From Eledone cirrhosa (taxonomy: Eukaryota), in the NCBI GenBank assembly GCA_964016885.1, contig OZ024743.1, positions 255,564,001 through 255,628,000 on the forward strand: DNA of 64,000 nt. Reading direction: 5' to 3'. Under the pieces are notes generated by a model that ran no database searches, had not been told where the DNA came from, and worked only from the letters and a program-made list of their open reading frames with translations. Within the stretch, counting starts at the first letter, position 1. Every line of letters begins with the position of its first letter. Made by a program: the position numbers and the translations under genes. Positions 23,490-38,352 of the stretch are shown one piece after another.

Positions 23490-26400
23490 TGAGCTGTGAA
23501 TAAATGGAGCAACCCCGAATTAATAAATGAAAATGAAAATGAATCCTGACAAATGCCCAAAACTCCGAGTTGGTACCATCAATGTAAGCACAATGAAAGG
23601 AAGAGCAGGAGAAATTGTAGAGATGCTAGAGCAAAAGGAAATTGATGTATGCTGTGTGAAAGCGACTACATGGAGAGGAGAGTCTTCTAGAGTCCTTGTA
23701 GGAAAAAGTAAGTGCTACAAATTTTTCTGGGTGGGAAATGATGATGGGATGGGCGGTGTAGGTATCCTACTAGCTGACAAGTGGGTAGATAAGGTAATCT
23801 CAGTGAACAGGGTGAATGCAAGAATCATTAAACTCAGACTAGTCCTGAATAAAACAATTACCACAATAATATCAGTTTAGCACCCCAATCGGGGTTGCCA
23901 GACAAACTTAAGGATATGTTTTACGAGTCCTTAATGCTCACTACTGCTCTAACAAACAACAATGACTTCCTAATCATTGCATGAGATTTTAATGGACACG
24001 TAGGTAAACACTGTGACGGTTTCTATAGAGTTCATGGAGGCCATGGGGTTGGCACAAGAAATGAAGAAGGATTCAGGCTTCTAGAATTCTGCGACGCCAA
24101 TGTGGATATGTAACACAAACTTAAAAAAACCCAATAACCACTTGATCACCTATAGATCAGGGGAGCATTCTAGTCAGATAGATTTTATCCTCATCAAAGG
24201 ACGTGACAGATGGACGGTCATGAACACAAAAGCCTTCCCTAGTGAGGAATGTACCTCCCAATATAGCTTAGTTGTCAGCGACCTCACGGTCAGAACAAGA
24301 TGAACCTGGAAACAGAAGCCAACCTGGAGAAGAAAGATCTGGAAGCTGAAAGACGCCTCAGACAGGAACAGATTTAAAGATATTTTACTCAATGACTACG
24401 ACAGTAAAGAAGAACAGATAGAGACATTCAATGTAGAAGAGCACTGGGAGTTCCTAAAAAATAACTTACTAAAGGCAATGGATGATGTCTGTGGCTGGAG
24501 TAAGACCACAGGCAAGAGGAGAGTGACTTGGTGTTGGAACAATAAGGTAAATGAGGCAGTTAAGGCCAAGAGACAGGCATGGAAAGAATGGAAGAACGGG
24601 GGAAGCAGGGTACGTTACATAGAGACCAGGAGGGAAGCTAGGCGACAAGTATACTTAGCTAGGGCGGAAGCAGAGGATAGAAAATTCAAGCATGTTTTGC
24701 AACGTGAGGACCAGAAACAGGAGGTGTTCAAGATTGCGAGGCAGTGTGTCAGAGAGAATTGTGATGTCATTGGAGAGAAGTGTATCCGGAATGATAAAGG
24801 TGAGCTTGCCCTCACAAGTGCTGATAAGAAAGATGCTTGGAAGATCCATTATGATAGATTACTAAATGAGGAGAATGCATGGGAAGAGGAGACCCTACCC
24901 CAAGTAGACCCTATAGAGAGCCCAGCAGTACAAGTCAGCAGCAGCGTAGTAAGTAAGGTAATCAAAGATATGAAGACGGAGAAGGCAACCGGTCCATCGG
25001 GTATAGCTGCCGAGATGCTGAAGGCATCTGGGTCGGTAGGTCACACCATAACCACACATATTGTTAACCAGGTAATGCTAGAAGGTGTCATACCAAAGGA
25101 TTGGTGCAGTAGCATCATTGTCAACTGCTACAAAGGTAAAGGTGATGCACTAGATAGAGGAAACTATAGAGGTATAAAGCTGATGGACCAGGTCATGAAA
25201 GTAACAGAAAGAGTTATAGAACAGTTGATTAGGGACCGGGTGAAACTAGATGAGATGCAATTTGGGTTTGTGCCAGGAAGCGGCAGCACTGATGCCCTCT
25301 TCCTTGTGAGGCAGTTACAGGAAAAGTACCTAGCTAAAAGTAAGTCACTCTACCTGGCATTCGTCGATCTCGAGAAAGCCTTTGACAGAGTTCCCCATGC
25401 TATAATCTGGTGGGCTCTTACAAAACTAGGAGTAGATGAATGGCTTGTGAAAGCTGTACAAGCCATATATAAGGGAGCAGTCAGCCAAGTTAGGATTAGC
25501 AATGAGTATAACGAGGCATTTAGTGTACAGGTCGGTGTCCACCAGGGCTCTGTTCTTAGACCTCTTCTGTTCATCATAGTTTTGCAGGCAATAACGGAGG
25601 AGTTTAAGACCGGATGCCCATGGGACTCCTGTATGCAGATGACCTTGCACTTATAGCTGAATCTATGGTAGAACTAGAGAAGAAATTCTAAACTTGGAAG
25701 CAGGGACTAGAAAGAAAGGGTCTCAAAGTCAACCTGACAAAGACTAGGGTCCTTGTTAGTAGACGAGAAAACAGAACCCAGATCCCCTCAGGGAAATGGC
25801 CTTGCTCAGTATGTAGGAAAGGTGTAGGTAGGAACTCGATTCTCTGCCCCAAACACAAACAATGGGTACACAAGAGATGTAGCGGTATCTCAGGAAGCTT
25901 AACTAAGAATGTAGGCTTCACAGCAAACAGCTACAGGAGACAAGTACCACCAATCTCTGGGAGGGCTCTGTAGAAACAGTAGACAGCTTCTGCTACCTAG
26001 GTGAGCGAATTAGCAGTGGCGGTGGGTGTTCGGAAAGTACAATAACTAGGGTAAGAATGGGATGGAAGAAGTTCAGGGAGCTACTGCCACTGCTAGCTGC
26101 AAAAAACTTTTTCCTCAAAATGAAAGGCAGACTATATGATGCGTGTATACGAACAGCAATGTTACATGGTAGTGAGACCTGGGTGCTGTCTGTGGAAGAC
26201 TTGCGTAGATTAGAAATAAATGAAGCCTGCATGGATGTGTAATAGTAATATATGCGAATCGCAAAGCATAAACGAATTGAGAGAGAGACTGAGCATAAGA
26301 GGAATCAAATACCGTGTGCAGGAGAGGCAGTTGCGTTGGTATGGACATGTGATGCGTATGAAGGATGACAGGTGTATAAAAAGGTACAGAGCAGTAGAAG

Positions 26401-26870
26401 TCGATGGAAACCGCGGAATGGGGACACCCAAGAAGACCTGGGATGAGGTGATAAAAGCCAACCTTACCCAATTATACCTCTCAAAGGCGATGACACACGA
26501 CCATGACCTCTGGCGTCACACAATAATACAGACCCAGACCCCCCATGGGTACAAGCCAATGCTGAAGCATATAGACAATATGCGCCCACACCCTCCCATT
26601 GCAAATTGGTCGTGGAGGTGCCACGGCAAAAAAAGCACCCAGCCCACACTGTAAAGTGGACGTGTAGGCGCCACAGAAAAAAAAGTACCCAGCACTCACT
26701 GTAAATGAGGATGATGTTAGGAAGGGCATCCAGCTGTAGAAATCAAGCCAGAATCAGTTACCGTATGAGCAAGACAAGGTCAGCTGACCAGACACTGCCC
26801 ACAACAGGACAACCCGTCTAACCCATGTTAGAGTGGAAGAGTGGACGTAAAACAGTGATGATGATGATGA
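23490..26870 (+). mobile_element. Near full-length RTE LINE (family A), pseudogenised APE-RT
   Basis: LRVGTINVSTM (APE); YKGKGDALDRGNYRGIKL, QFGF, LAFVDLEKAFDRVP, GVHQGSVL; frameshift just before LLYADD (~25630); WYGHVMRM; 3' UTR with short tandem units and (GAT)n tail. Confidence 0.95.
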
Positions 26871-27837
26871 TATTCATATATACACACATACACACGCATA
26901 TACATATATATAATTTTATTTATCGAGAACTGGCATGTTGTATATATATAAATAACAGGAGAAAATGCACACAGAAAAACAGATAAATAAAACAGAGAAC
27001 TGCATCTCTACATTGTAGCCACCTGCTGGCATGCAATTTTGCACATTAAGGTGGTATTGCACATGTAGTACGAGGTTGCATAACAGATTGGAGAATCACT
27101 ATGTTGGTAAGTTGCATGTGAGACAATAATAAAATAGAAGAGACTGAAAAATAGACGGGTATCTTTCGGAAAAAAAAAAGAGGTAAATACATAAAAGTAA
27201 TATGCCTAGAAAGAAATAAACAACAAATTTAACATGTAAAATGTGCAACAAACCAACAGTAAATATGTATATATACACACACATTATAAAGATAGATTTC
27301 TAATTCAACTAAATTTATGAACTCAATACTTTAAAAGATGGAAAAATGTATATAAAAGTGTAAAGGTTTATCTGAATTTTCATAAAAATATATTGAAATT
27401 TGTGGCAAGGTAAGATGAAAAACACATTTGTAACATAATCAGTAGGTGACATTTTATGTCAACTGTTACGTCAATGTTTAGAAATATATAATTCTTTTTC
27501 CATACAGCCTAGCTAAAAATAGTATTACATATTGTTATAATCTTTTGCTCATTAAATGGTTTCAGTCATTGGACTGCAGCAATACAGAGGCACTGTCTTC
27601 CATTTTGTAGCTAGCCTGTAGGCTAGCTACAAAATGGTATTAAATACTGTTTCTTTTATTAACAATTAAATTGTGTACTTAAATGTCTGTATAAGCATAA
27701 ATATCAGTAACCAATACCATTGTTATGCCAAACCGTTTTATTCTTTTACTCTTTAACTGGTCTCAGTCATTGGAATACAGCAATGGTTTTAGTTTCATAC
27801 AAACTAACCAGCTAAAAATGGTATACTGTTTTTCTCT

Positions 27838-28058
27838 TTAACCCTTTAGTATTTAAACATGCTATATCTGGCCGGAACCCTCTCACCTCTTTCCATTTAA
27901 ACCAGCTATAACCAGCTGTTCATACTGATGTTAAGTTATTGTTCTCAAAATAAATAATAACAAAATAATATCTCATAGATTCAATATTTTTTGAGGTAAA
28001 GCTTTTACCATGAAAATATAAAAGTAAATATAGAGTAATGTAAATGCTAAAGGCTTAA
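27838..28058. mobile_element. piggyBac-like MITE (second copy)
   Basis: TTAA-CCCTTTAGTATTTA ... TAAATGCTAAAGGC-TTAA, colinear with 10164-10369. Confidence 0.75.
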
Positions 28059-28669
28059 ATGGTTTCAGTTATTGAACCCTGATTATGTCAAGTCACAACA
28101 TTTGAGTGTTTTAGTTGATTGTATAACCCTAGTATTTATTTATTTATCTGAGAGCACTACAAGCCCTTCCTTTTGCCAACCCTTTTAATTACTACTTATG
28201 ACATGCATGGATATGGTGTACCTATTCTAAACTGGATGCACACAGCAAGGAAGATACACAGAGTAAGACACATTTATTATTTTATCTTATCTGGTAAGCA
28301 GGCAAAGACTTGTAACTTGTAACTCTCCAAGGATATACTTGTAATTTATTATTTTGGAAATTGCATTTGACAGAGATTTTCATAGTTATTTAGATTAAGC
28401 TGTTAGGAATAGGTAAATTTGAAGGTTACATCATCAATTGCAATGGACCCAACACAGGTAGAGTAGTGAAGGTTTTGAATTGCACATTAACCATGCAAGG
28501 AGAAATTGTAAAGGTGGTTAAATAATCACTTAACTGGCATGCCTGCAATAATTTAGTAGGAATGCTGATTTTCTGTGGTTATAAGGGATATTCTACATTG
28601 ATAAAAATATCTACATGCAAAACGGATGAGCTGATAGGCTAATATATGCCTCTGTTTTTTTATGGTTAG

Positions 28670-28960
28670 ATGGAGGGAGAGAAAGAGAAAGGGTGATAAG
28701 AGGGGTCAGAGAGAGAGAGAGAGAGAGAGAGTTGGGAGATGAAACTGTACAAGGGATTGAGAAGGAGTGATAGGGACTGAAATTAGGTGAGGAAGAGAGA
28801 GTTGAGTGAAGAGGTGGGGTGAAAGGAGTGAGAGGAAAAGGAGGAAAAGGAGATGATAGAGGAGAAGAAGAGAAAGTAGAATGAAAGAGTAGGGAGAAGA
28901 AAGAGAGAAAGAAGGAAGAGAAAGGAGTAAAGCGAAGAGGAGAGAGAGATTAAGACATAC
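28670..28960. repeat. Polypurine (GA-rich) tract
   Basis: Almost exclusively A/G. Confidence 0.85.
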
Positions 28961-29479
28961 AAATACAGAGAATACATAAAAATATAGTGAATTGTTACAA
29001 AACAGCGTCAAATGAAAATGTGGGTAGTAAAAAATCAAATCACATCAAGGTCAAATATGTGTTTCATTCTTCTTGGAGATCGCTACATGTATTACCACTC
29101 AAATAATGGAATTATTACTTCTTTCTCTCTCTCTGAATTAGTTATGTTGTACCATAACAGTAGTTGTTGACAGAGCTAGTTCCTGAGCATTTAGTGCTCT
29201 TGATTAGTCATATAATGTGTATCTCCTTTTCCTTGTTATGGACCTCCTTATAGACATTCTCCCCAACGAAAAAATGTTAACTTAGTATTTGATAAGCTGA
29301 TACACCTAGTTTGTGATACTTCTAGCTGCTTAGTTAACCATAATGATAGTGCTGGCCCTGGTTGAACATAACCCCCTCCCATAAACCCTTTCTCAGAGCC
29401 ATTGCCTAGTTTGCCTTAATAGTAGTGCTAGCCCCTTATACCTTTCTTATAAACATTCTCTCTTCTTTCTCTCATTCTA

Positions 29480-29515
29480 TCTTCTGATGAAGGAATAATA
29501 TCCAAATCATTAAGA
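29480..29515 (+). ncRNA. Decayed minimal hammerhead motif
   Basis: TCTT-CTGATGA-a GGA ataata TCC-aaatcatt (for GAAACGTT)-AAGA; related remnant at 40128-40166 on the minus strand. Confidence 0.4.
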
Positions 29516-30335
29516 CACTTTTCCTACAATGTCATGCATTAAAGTAATATATATCATCATGTTATTATTGTATTGTCTTGTTGGTATGTGTGTTTTTGCC
29601 TTCTGAATTTTTCTTTGATATATATATATATGAGAAACAGCACCCAGCCCCACACTGGTTGACATTGGGAAGGGTATCCAGCTGTAGGAACCAAGCCAAA
29701 AATCAGTTCTGTATGAGTAAGTTATGGTCATCTGTCTTGGCTAATCCCCCAACGTTACAATTCGTCTAACCCATGATAGCATAGATAAATGGACATTAAA
29801 CAGTGATGATATATATTGTCATTCCATAAGTAAAGCGTTTTTTTCAATTGTATGCAATGAAAGTTGGAGGGGGTGGGGATAAACACCTCCTAAACTTACT
29901 ATAAATGCAGTTATTAAATTCACCTTGTCCTCATTCTTTGTGCAACCTTTGAAAAGTGCAGTTTATTTTAATTTATAAAAATAAAAGAAGTATAAAAAAA
30001 AAGTGCATTATATATATGGGATGTCCCAATAGCTCAGTGACTTGAAGAACATGGAAGATGGACGTAAAATGGTGATGATGATGATGATGACCTGATTAAA
30101 CAACAAGCTTCTGGACGTGAAGTCACTGAGCTATAATAATATATATATATACATGTGGGGGTAAGGCATGTATATGTGCATGGGTGTCTGTATGTTTGTT
30201 TATCTATTGTCATCTCAGATGGTAATGTTTGTTTACATTCTGCATAATCAGTAACTCTGCTACTAAGTAGTTAAATGTGTGAAAATTCATACCATATTTA
30301 CATAAAACAATGTGAGAATTTGGAATCTGGAAGCT

Positions 30336-30593
30336 CATCATCATCATCATCATCATCATCACCGTTTTACATCCGTTCTTCCACGCTAGCATGGGTTAGA
30401 CGGGTTGTCCTGCTGTGGGCAGTGTCCGGTCGGCTGACCATGCCTTGCTCATACGGGAACTGATTCTGGCTTGATTTCTACAGCTGGATGCCCTTCCTAA
30501 CATCAACCTCATTTACAGTGAGTGCTGGGTGCTTTTTTGCCGTGGCACCTCCACGTCTACTTTACAGTGTGGGCTGGGTGCTTTTTTTGCCAT
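30336..30593 (-). mobile_element. RTE family A 3' UTR fragment
   Basis: Reverse complement of about 26620-26870. Confidence 0.85.
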
Positions 30594-31109
30594 GAGACAG
30601 AAGTTTATCTATCTATAAACTTCTGTCTCTGGACATAAAAAAAACTGATGAGGATGATGATGAATATCCTTTTCTCACCTGTAACATGTACATCTTTTAC
30701 CTACCTACAATTCTTCCTCCATCACCTTAGGCTAGTTATCTGTTCTTCATCTTTTGAACTGTGTTTCTAGTGATTCTCAAAATGGTTTATTGGGGTTTCA
30801 CTGAATTGTTAAAAACTAGCCTTTATTTCATGGTAAAGATCTTAAATCTAGATGAATAAAGTGCCATCGGGAGTAAATAATTAGATTTCAAACAAAGCAC
30901 TTCTTCTTGAAGAGAACATTTTATGAACTGTACTTATTAAATCACTCATCAATATTTTTCTCAGGAAAGACTGTCTGTGTGTTCCAGTTAATTCTGAAGA
31001 TGATCAAGAATTTGGAAAGATTTAGTAAAATAACTAACTTTCTCATTATTATATTTGGAACATAACTTAACAAAAGTTCTTACATAAAATTTAGATAAAT
31101 ATAAACACT

Positions 31110-32042
31110 TTAACCCTTTTCTTACCATATATTTAATGAATAATGTTACCAATGATTTTCAAAGAGTATTTGATAATAGAATTTTGGTGAGATTAAGTAA
31201 AATAAATTTCTTATTAAGTTGGTGTTTAGCACATAACGAATGTTCTTGCATAAATATTATGATAGAGGTAAAGTAGTGCCTTTAAAACTTAATATTTTTT
31301 ATACCAAACTACCTGAAATCACACACAAAAATCTGTGATACTAAGCCGTATAATTTAAAGGGCTTGTATTAATCTAAAAGCTTTGCATCAGAATTTTATG
31401 TTAGAAACTTGAAGTTCCTAACACTAGCTTAATTTTGAGAAATTATATTATTAAACACATCCAAATTCTTGATTATTTTCAAAATTATTTGAAAACTATA
31501 GGCAGCATTTCCATTAGAAATATGGTAATGAAAATTTAAAAACCTTGTATCATCATTTTATATAAGAAACTTTATGTTTTACACCACAGCTTAATCATGA
31601 GAAAGTTTGTTGTCAAAATGTCCAAAATTTTATTTTCAAAAAATTTTGAAAATCATAGTTAATGTTATTCATTAGAATTATGGTAAGGAAAACGTTTAAG
31701 TGTTTATATTTTTTCTACAAGCTTTCCATCATACTTTACAAGAACCTTTGTTAAGTTATATTCCAAACACCAGCTTAATCATGAGGAAGTCAGATATTTT
31801 ACAAAATTTCACCAAAATATTTTTTTCAAGAATCCATTGAAAATTTAAATGTTTGTATTTATCTAAAACTCTTCAATCATACTTTTATAGAAAGACCTTC
31901 GTTAAGTTATGTTCTAAACATCAGTTTAATAATCAAAAGTAATGTTATATTAATAAACACCTAAAATTTCTTTGTTATTTCAAAGTTATTTGAAAACCAA
32001 TGCTAGTGTCTTTTATGAGAAATATGGTAAAGAAAGGGTTAA
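31110..32042. mobile_element. piggyBac-like non-autonomous element with internal degenerate tandem units
   Basis: Termini TTAA-CCCTTTTCTTACCATAT and ATATGGTAAAGAAAGGG-TTAA are near-perfect reverse complements; AT-rich units recur internally; related sequence at 10030-10490. Confidence 0.6.
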
Positions 32043-35000
32043 GCACCAGTTATATTGGCTCTATTATTGTCCTGTGAGACAACTATGTGACGGAAGGAAA
32101 TAAAGAGTTTTAATGTAAACTGTGTAGCATGTGTTACCCTCAGGCTGGTGTCTTTAGTAGACATCTTCTGGTTATTAACTAGCAAATATTTTATCATTTT
32201 AATATTCTGAAACTATAGCAGGAAGAAATCTATTACATATATATATAATGTTTTATTTTCCAAGCATTTTTATTACTTTGCTGTACATACATACATTCAT
32301 ACATACATGTGTGTGCATATTTGAGTATGTTTGTGTTACTAGCAATATATGATGCATGTATTTCAGGTGTGTATGTGTCTGTATGTGTCTACCTGTGTTC
32401 TCTGTAATTTCCCTCAGCAACAGTAGCAGCAGCAATAAGACAGGGGTAAATAGGAAAGAAGTGGAGGGTAAGATGATATGAATTTGTGCAGGATATATAT
32501 ATATATACATAAATATATAAATATATATATATATATAATGTGTGTGTGTGTGTACATATATATATAAAGAGAAAAGAGGGTGAGAACATTTTAAAGGTAC
32601 ATGTGCAAGCATGGCTCTGTAGTTAAGAAATTCACTTCACAACCATGTTTCTTCTCCTATAGCCTTGGGTTGGAGAATGCATTGTAAGTGAAATTTGGTA
32701 AACGGAAACTGTGCAGCAGCTTCTCATTATGTATATGCATGTATGCATGTATTTGCATGTGTATGTATGTGTCAAGTCACTTTTCAGCGCTACTGTTGAC
32801 ATGTAACACAGTACAAACTGTGCATGGTCGCATCATTGGTGACTAAACCAACACCTCCACCAAGCAAGCTTGGTGGGGAGGGTGAATTTTGACACCCTGC
32901 AGGGTGAAAATCAAAGCCCATCAAAGAGCAGAGGAACTCAGAAGTCAACAGTCATCCAATAAAGTATTTTTTTCTTTTGTGTGGAGGGGAGCAGTGGAGT
33001 GAGAGACCCCCCTAGTTTTCATTATATTTCTCTAGGAGAAAGTCACTCTGATATAAAACCTGAGACTTTGTTTTCTTCCAATGATGTAGACCAGTTTTAG
33101 TTTTTGGGTAAATATATTTGATGTTCAGAGAGTGGAATTTACTCCATGCAAAGCCTTTCCTCATTTGAAAAAACTTCAAGCACAGGCATCACTTGATGTG
33201 TGACATTGTTTGCGATGCATAGCATTGCTAGCCATAGGTAAGTCCCTAGCAGGACTAAAAAGCCACATCCATGCTGTTCATGCTTAAATATCAAGTGATA
33301 GTATTACATGAAATCAAGTTGCAGCCATAATGAAGTGCGCAGTGGCTGACTGGGTCTAAAATTATTGGTTGCCAGGAGATAAGAGAGGCCCACCCACATA
33401 TAGAATGCTATTATTTAATTTTTATAATGAATAAATAACATTTTCAGAAAATACATAAGTGAAAACAAGACAGTGAAATAAAATGTTTGCAGAAAAAAAT
33501 GTATATTTTTTACTAATTATAGTGTATATATATGGTACATATTACTGGCAGTATACAGTAATACTAAATGTTAATACAGAATGTTATAATAGAAGTTTTA
33601 AATAATTGTGAATGTATTGTATACTGTTATTTAGAGTAGAGTATGCAAGTGACAGTTTTTACCTGCTCCAATAAAAAATATAAAGTACCTTGTGAAATAT
33701 ATACATCCAGAGACTTTCAATAATAATATTTGGACTTTCACACTCACTCAATATATATCTGGATGTGTGTGTATGTGTGTACATGTGTATATATATAGAT
33801 TTATATATATGTATACATACATGTTTTCAACTTGTAAACTTTAGACTGAAGAACTGACCACTAATTGATTTTACAACATCAAAAGTTATTTGGCCAGCAG
33901 CTCCTGTATGTATATGTATCATCATCATCATAATCATCTTTGTTTAACGCCTATCTACCATGCTAGCATGTGTAAGTCCATGTATCTATGCATGCATGAA
34001 TGAATACCATAAGCTAAACAACCAGTGATTCTAACTGTTAGCACTATCATATATTTTGGTTTCTATTGATTCCTAGGGATTTGTTTGACCAGATGCTTTA
34101 CTTAATTGTTTATTTATTATTATTTTTTAAATTTTTAATTCTTTCTCTTAGACTTACTTAGAAAGATTTTTTTGAAAGCAAAGCATTGGCCCCTAAAATA
34201 CTATTGGGCCCTGCAGCCCACTTGCCATTGGGCAACCTGGCCAGTCCGCCACTGTATGTAGGTATGTTTTGTCTTTCATTTGATTTTGAGTTTATTTTTG
34301 ACTGACCACCCTCCTGTTGGCAAGATTGTAAAGCATATGAAATGTCTGTTGTCCTTTGTCCAAACCTTTGAATTGTAAGAAATGTTTCAGATATTGAAGG
34401 TTCCAAATCTCTGTTCAATCACATTTTCTGCTAGGTGGGTTTGTATATAGCCTGTAGCTAAAATAATAATGGGTATGAAACTACACATGTATTTTGAATA
34501 TGTATATGTAAGCATGCATGCATGCGTGTTTGTTCATGTGTATTTTTATAATTACTGTTTGTTTATGTCCCTTAACATAGTAGTCAACAAATAGAGATAA
34601 ATAAAATAAGTTCCAAATCTAAAAATGAATAAGTATTTAAAAGTATTGTTTCAGCATAACCAAGGTGAAAGCAATGAATAAAATAATAAAGTTAGATTTT
34701 TAGCCAGAATTTACATTAAAATCTATTAATATTCAGTCAGGTGGCTTGGAGTCTTAATTGGACAAAATGTATTGTCACATTCAAGGCAGAATTGTTAGAG
34801 CATTAGAGAAAAAGCCCTATGGCATTTGGCTATGGCTTTTTACGTTCTGGGTTCCAATCCTGCCAATATCAACATTGCTTTTTAACTTTTAATGTTTGAT
34901 AGAAAAATATGATTCCAAGGCAGGAGATTGGTGGAATTGTCCAGTTATTGAAAAGAATACCTCGTGGTGATTGTTCCCTCATATTGCATTCCAAGTTCAA

Positions 35001-35812
35001 ATCCAGCTGTGGTCTACTTCACTGATTCACTTAATCAGTTACCGTTTTATTGTCTTATTTCACATAAAATACACTGCCTCAGTGCATCAAATAAGTTTGA
35101 ACATTTGAAGAATTTGATAAGAGAATTTACATTTTTATTAGCAAGCATATGTTTGAAACATTACTTACTAAAAATATCTTGAAAAAAAATCATGTTTGAA
35201 GGTTTTAATATAATTATGGACATTATAAAAAGAGCAGTTTTGTATCATAAAATCGTGGTAGTTTCAGGCAGGTTTGTATCAAAAGAGTTTAAAATTCCAC
35301 CTATCCCATGAGTGCCTGTAGTGGAATTCACTTTGTTGCAAGTATTTGAGCAAGGTCTCAAATATGAGGATCACTTTCTCTCGCACAAGTTTCTTGGAAA
35401 CACTTTAAGGAACAAGAGCCACTGGCCTCCCTCCTAACCAAATAGTGAAGAATGAAGAAAAATGTTCACATAAGACAACCTGTGCGTGAAATTTGGAAAA
35501 CAGAAATGGTGTAGAAAATACTCCTACAGAAATAACTATTCATACACACAAAAACAAACCACACCTATTCTATGACAAGATATATTGTTAATCACATTTA
35601 CTACTCACAATTTTCTACCAGTCAAAGACAATCAGTAATCCTTTTAAAATGACATTAAACAGAATTTAAAACCACTTAACTTCCAGCAAACACTTCAGCA
35701 GAGCCATCCAGTGAAACTTATATTACAAGTGACTGCTTTTGATTGATATAAAATATAATGAATTATATATATATATATATATAGTAATAATATATATATA
35801 TATATATATAGT

Positions 35813-35876
<64 letters not shown>

Positions 35877-35969
35877 GTATGCATGTATATATATATTTAT
35901 ATTAATATATGTATATGTATGTATATATATATAAATATATATGTGTGTGTGTGTGTGTGTGTATGTGTG

Positions 35970-36010
<41 letters not shown>

Positions 36011-36109
36011 GGTCCCATAACTCCTGATAGAGTTATAGTGGTGCTGTATTGACATACACCATTTCTCAGGCATTTTAAGCCTGATAACAGCAGATTTCTT
36101 CCAGACAAA

Positions 36110-36833
36110 GATAGAAAGTAAGAGAGAAGAAAATAAGGAAGAGCTATAGAAGAAGAATCGACCCCAGTACTACACTGGTACTTTTTTATCGACCTCGAAA
36201 GGATGAAAGACAAAGTTGACCTTGGCGGTATTTGAACTCAGAGAGGAGAGAGCCAGAACGAATACCATAAAATATTCTATTTGACGTACTAATGACTCTG
36301 CCATATATATATAGAGAGAGAATTCAAATTTTAAGAAAGCCGAGGATAATATGCAGTATCGGTAGAGGGTCGGACGCCATGCTTTCCAGCATAGTTACGT
36401 CCCTTTACGATCTGAGTTCAAATCCCGCCGAGGTTCACTTTGACTTTCCTCCTTACGGGGTCGATAAAATAAAATACCAGTAATGTACTGGGTAATTGCT
36501 GGCCTTGTGCCTAAAGTAGAAACAATTAGTATATATGACAGTATCGGTGGAGGGTCGGACGCCATGCTTTGCAGCATAGAGTTACAGCCCTTTATGATCT
36601 GAGTTCAAATCCCACCGAGGTTAACTTTGCCTTTCATCCTTACGAGGTCGATAAAATAAAGTACCAGTCATGCACTGGGGTCGATTTAATCGACTTTCCC
36701 CTCCTCCAAAATTGATGTGTTTGTGCCTATAAAAGAAACCATTCTTTGCCTTTCATCCTTACGGGGTCGATAAAATAAATTACCAGTAATGCACTGGGTA
36801 ATTGCTGGCCTTTTGCCAAAAGTAGAAACAATT
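36110..36833. mobile_element. Cluster of Meta-type tRNA SINEs (one minus, 2.5 tandem plus)
   Basis: 36110-36302 on minus; 36353-36527, 36538-36745 and 36746-36833 on plus; B box GAGTTCAAATCC and GGGGTCGATAAAATAAAGTACCAG-like domain. Confidence 0.85.
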
Positions 36834-38352
36834 ATTTATTTATACATCTCTATGGATGTTGCAATGCAGCTAGAATATCATATTTATTTGTGGAGAGAAC
36901 TGGATATTACCAGTTAATTATTTACTCTATTATGGGTAATTTATTCAGACTGAATCTCTTTAGGAAATATATATAATAAAATTAAAATAAATAATAATAT
37001 CATAAACAATAGAGGATTCAAAGCAAGGTGCATTTAGGCAGGCAATTAAACATTTTAAGAGCAAATAAAGCATAAGCTTGCGTAGGATTTTAGACATGCA
37101 AAATTATAAATTTATCAGTGTTTTATCGGAAAAATATTTTTAAAATATAATAATATAATCTATTGAACAATAATGATAAAAGGAAGAGAGTAGTGGGGAG
37201 GCAATTCACCACCAAGTGTGACAATCGGCGGCACCTCACACCTTAGGTGTTGAGGCTAAAGCACTGTAATAACCTGGCACCCTCACGAGCATCACCTGAC
37301 ACCCCAGTAAGGTGGGCCGCCAGTGATGACAAGAACTTCACTGTCAGCAGCCCAACTCCACCAAACATCTCGAACACCATATGCTGTAAAATTTATTATT
37401 TGATAACTCCAGGTTGTTAAAATATGTTAAAATTATGAATTGGTTACTGCATGGGTTGTCAAAAATATTTTTCTTAAAAATTTTGGGCAGTACCTTCAAT
37501 TATTTATAATAGATTTTTCGTTAGTCTTGTGTAGGTTGAGAAGAAAATAATATGCATGGAGTTAAGAATATTTTCACATATATATATTCTTCAAACTATA
37601 TGTATTTACTTACCTATTATTTTCCTAATCAGGTTCTAGAGGAAAACTAATTCTATATCGTTGAGGCATAGTAGTTCAAAACATAATGTTATTTACCTGT
37701 GTCAGTTTATTTAATGTTCTTTATCTAAATATTTTTAGTGTGTCCAGTATCTTTATAAACGTCCATATATTGTTTCATACTTATTATTTTGAAGAACATT
37801 TACGAAAGACTAATGTTTGTTTTGATTTAGAACATATTAAGTTAGAGTTATAGTAATGTGGCTATAGATAAAATTAGAACAGATGCAAAACCATTAGAAA
37901 TAACTATAATGGTTCTTTGTGTGTGTGTATATATATATATATCCCGGGAGAGATGACCCCTTAGCCTTTGTCAAGGCAGAATTCTAGGAGAAGGAAAACT
38001 CTGATATAACACCTGCAACCCTGATGGTATCCAATGATGTTGACTTGTTCTTCTTTTTGGTAAATATCATCTTGGTTAAGAGAGTGGGACTGGCTTTGTG
38101 CAGTGCCTTTGCTCACTATAAAAGCTTCACGGCACAGGCATTGCTTTATATCTGGAGATCTCTCTGCACTTGTCGTCACATGGTACCATGGGCCCAGCAC
38201 TATGTGTCAGTAATTGTCACAAGTGTAGTGTTTGTACCAGAGTTTTCAAGTCGCTGGCTGGACTAAAAAGTCACACTCGTTCAGCGCATCGGTAGGGGTT
38301 CTCCTACATGGATATAAAGTAGTGGCCGTACTCGAAAACGAGTTGGCAGCCA

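Noticed and set aside
30645-30655. Isolated CTGATGAG hits (also at about 47174)
   Set aside because: No downstream GAAA, stem III or stem I.
32780-33400. LINE 5' UTR-like segment sharing motifs with 37945-38290
   Set aside because: Only short shared motifs (CTAGGAGAA..ACTCTGATATAA, GGACTAAAAAG) with no coding remnant; too weak to classify.
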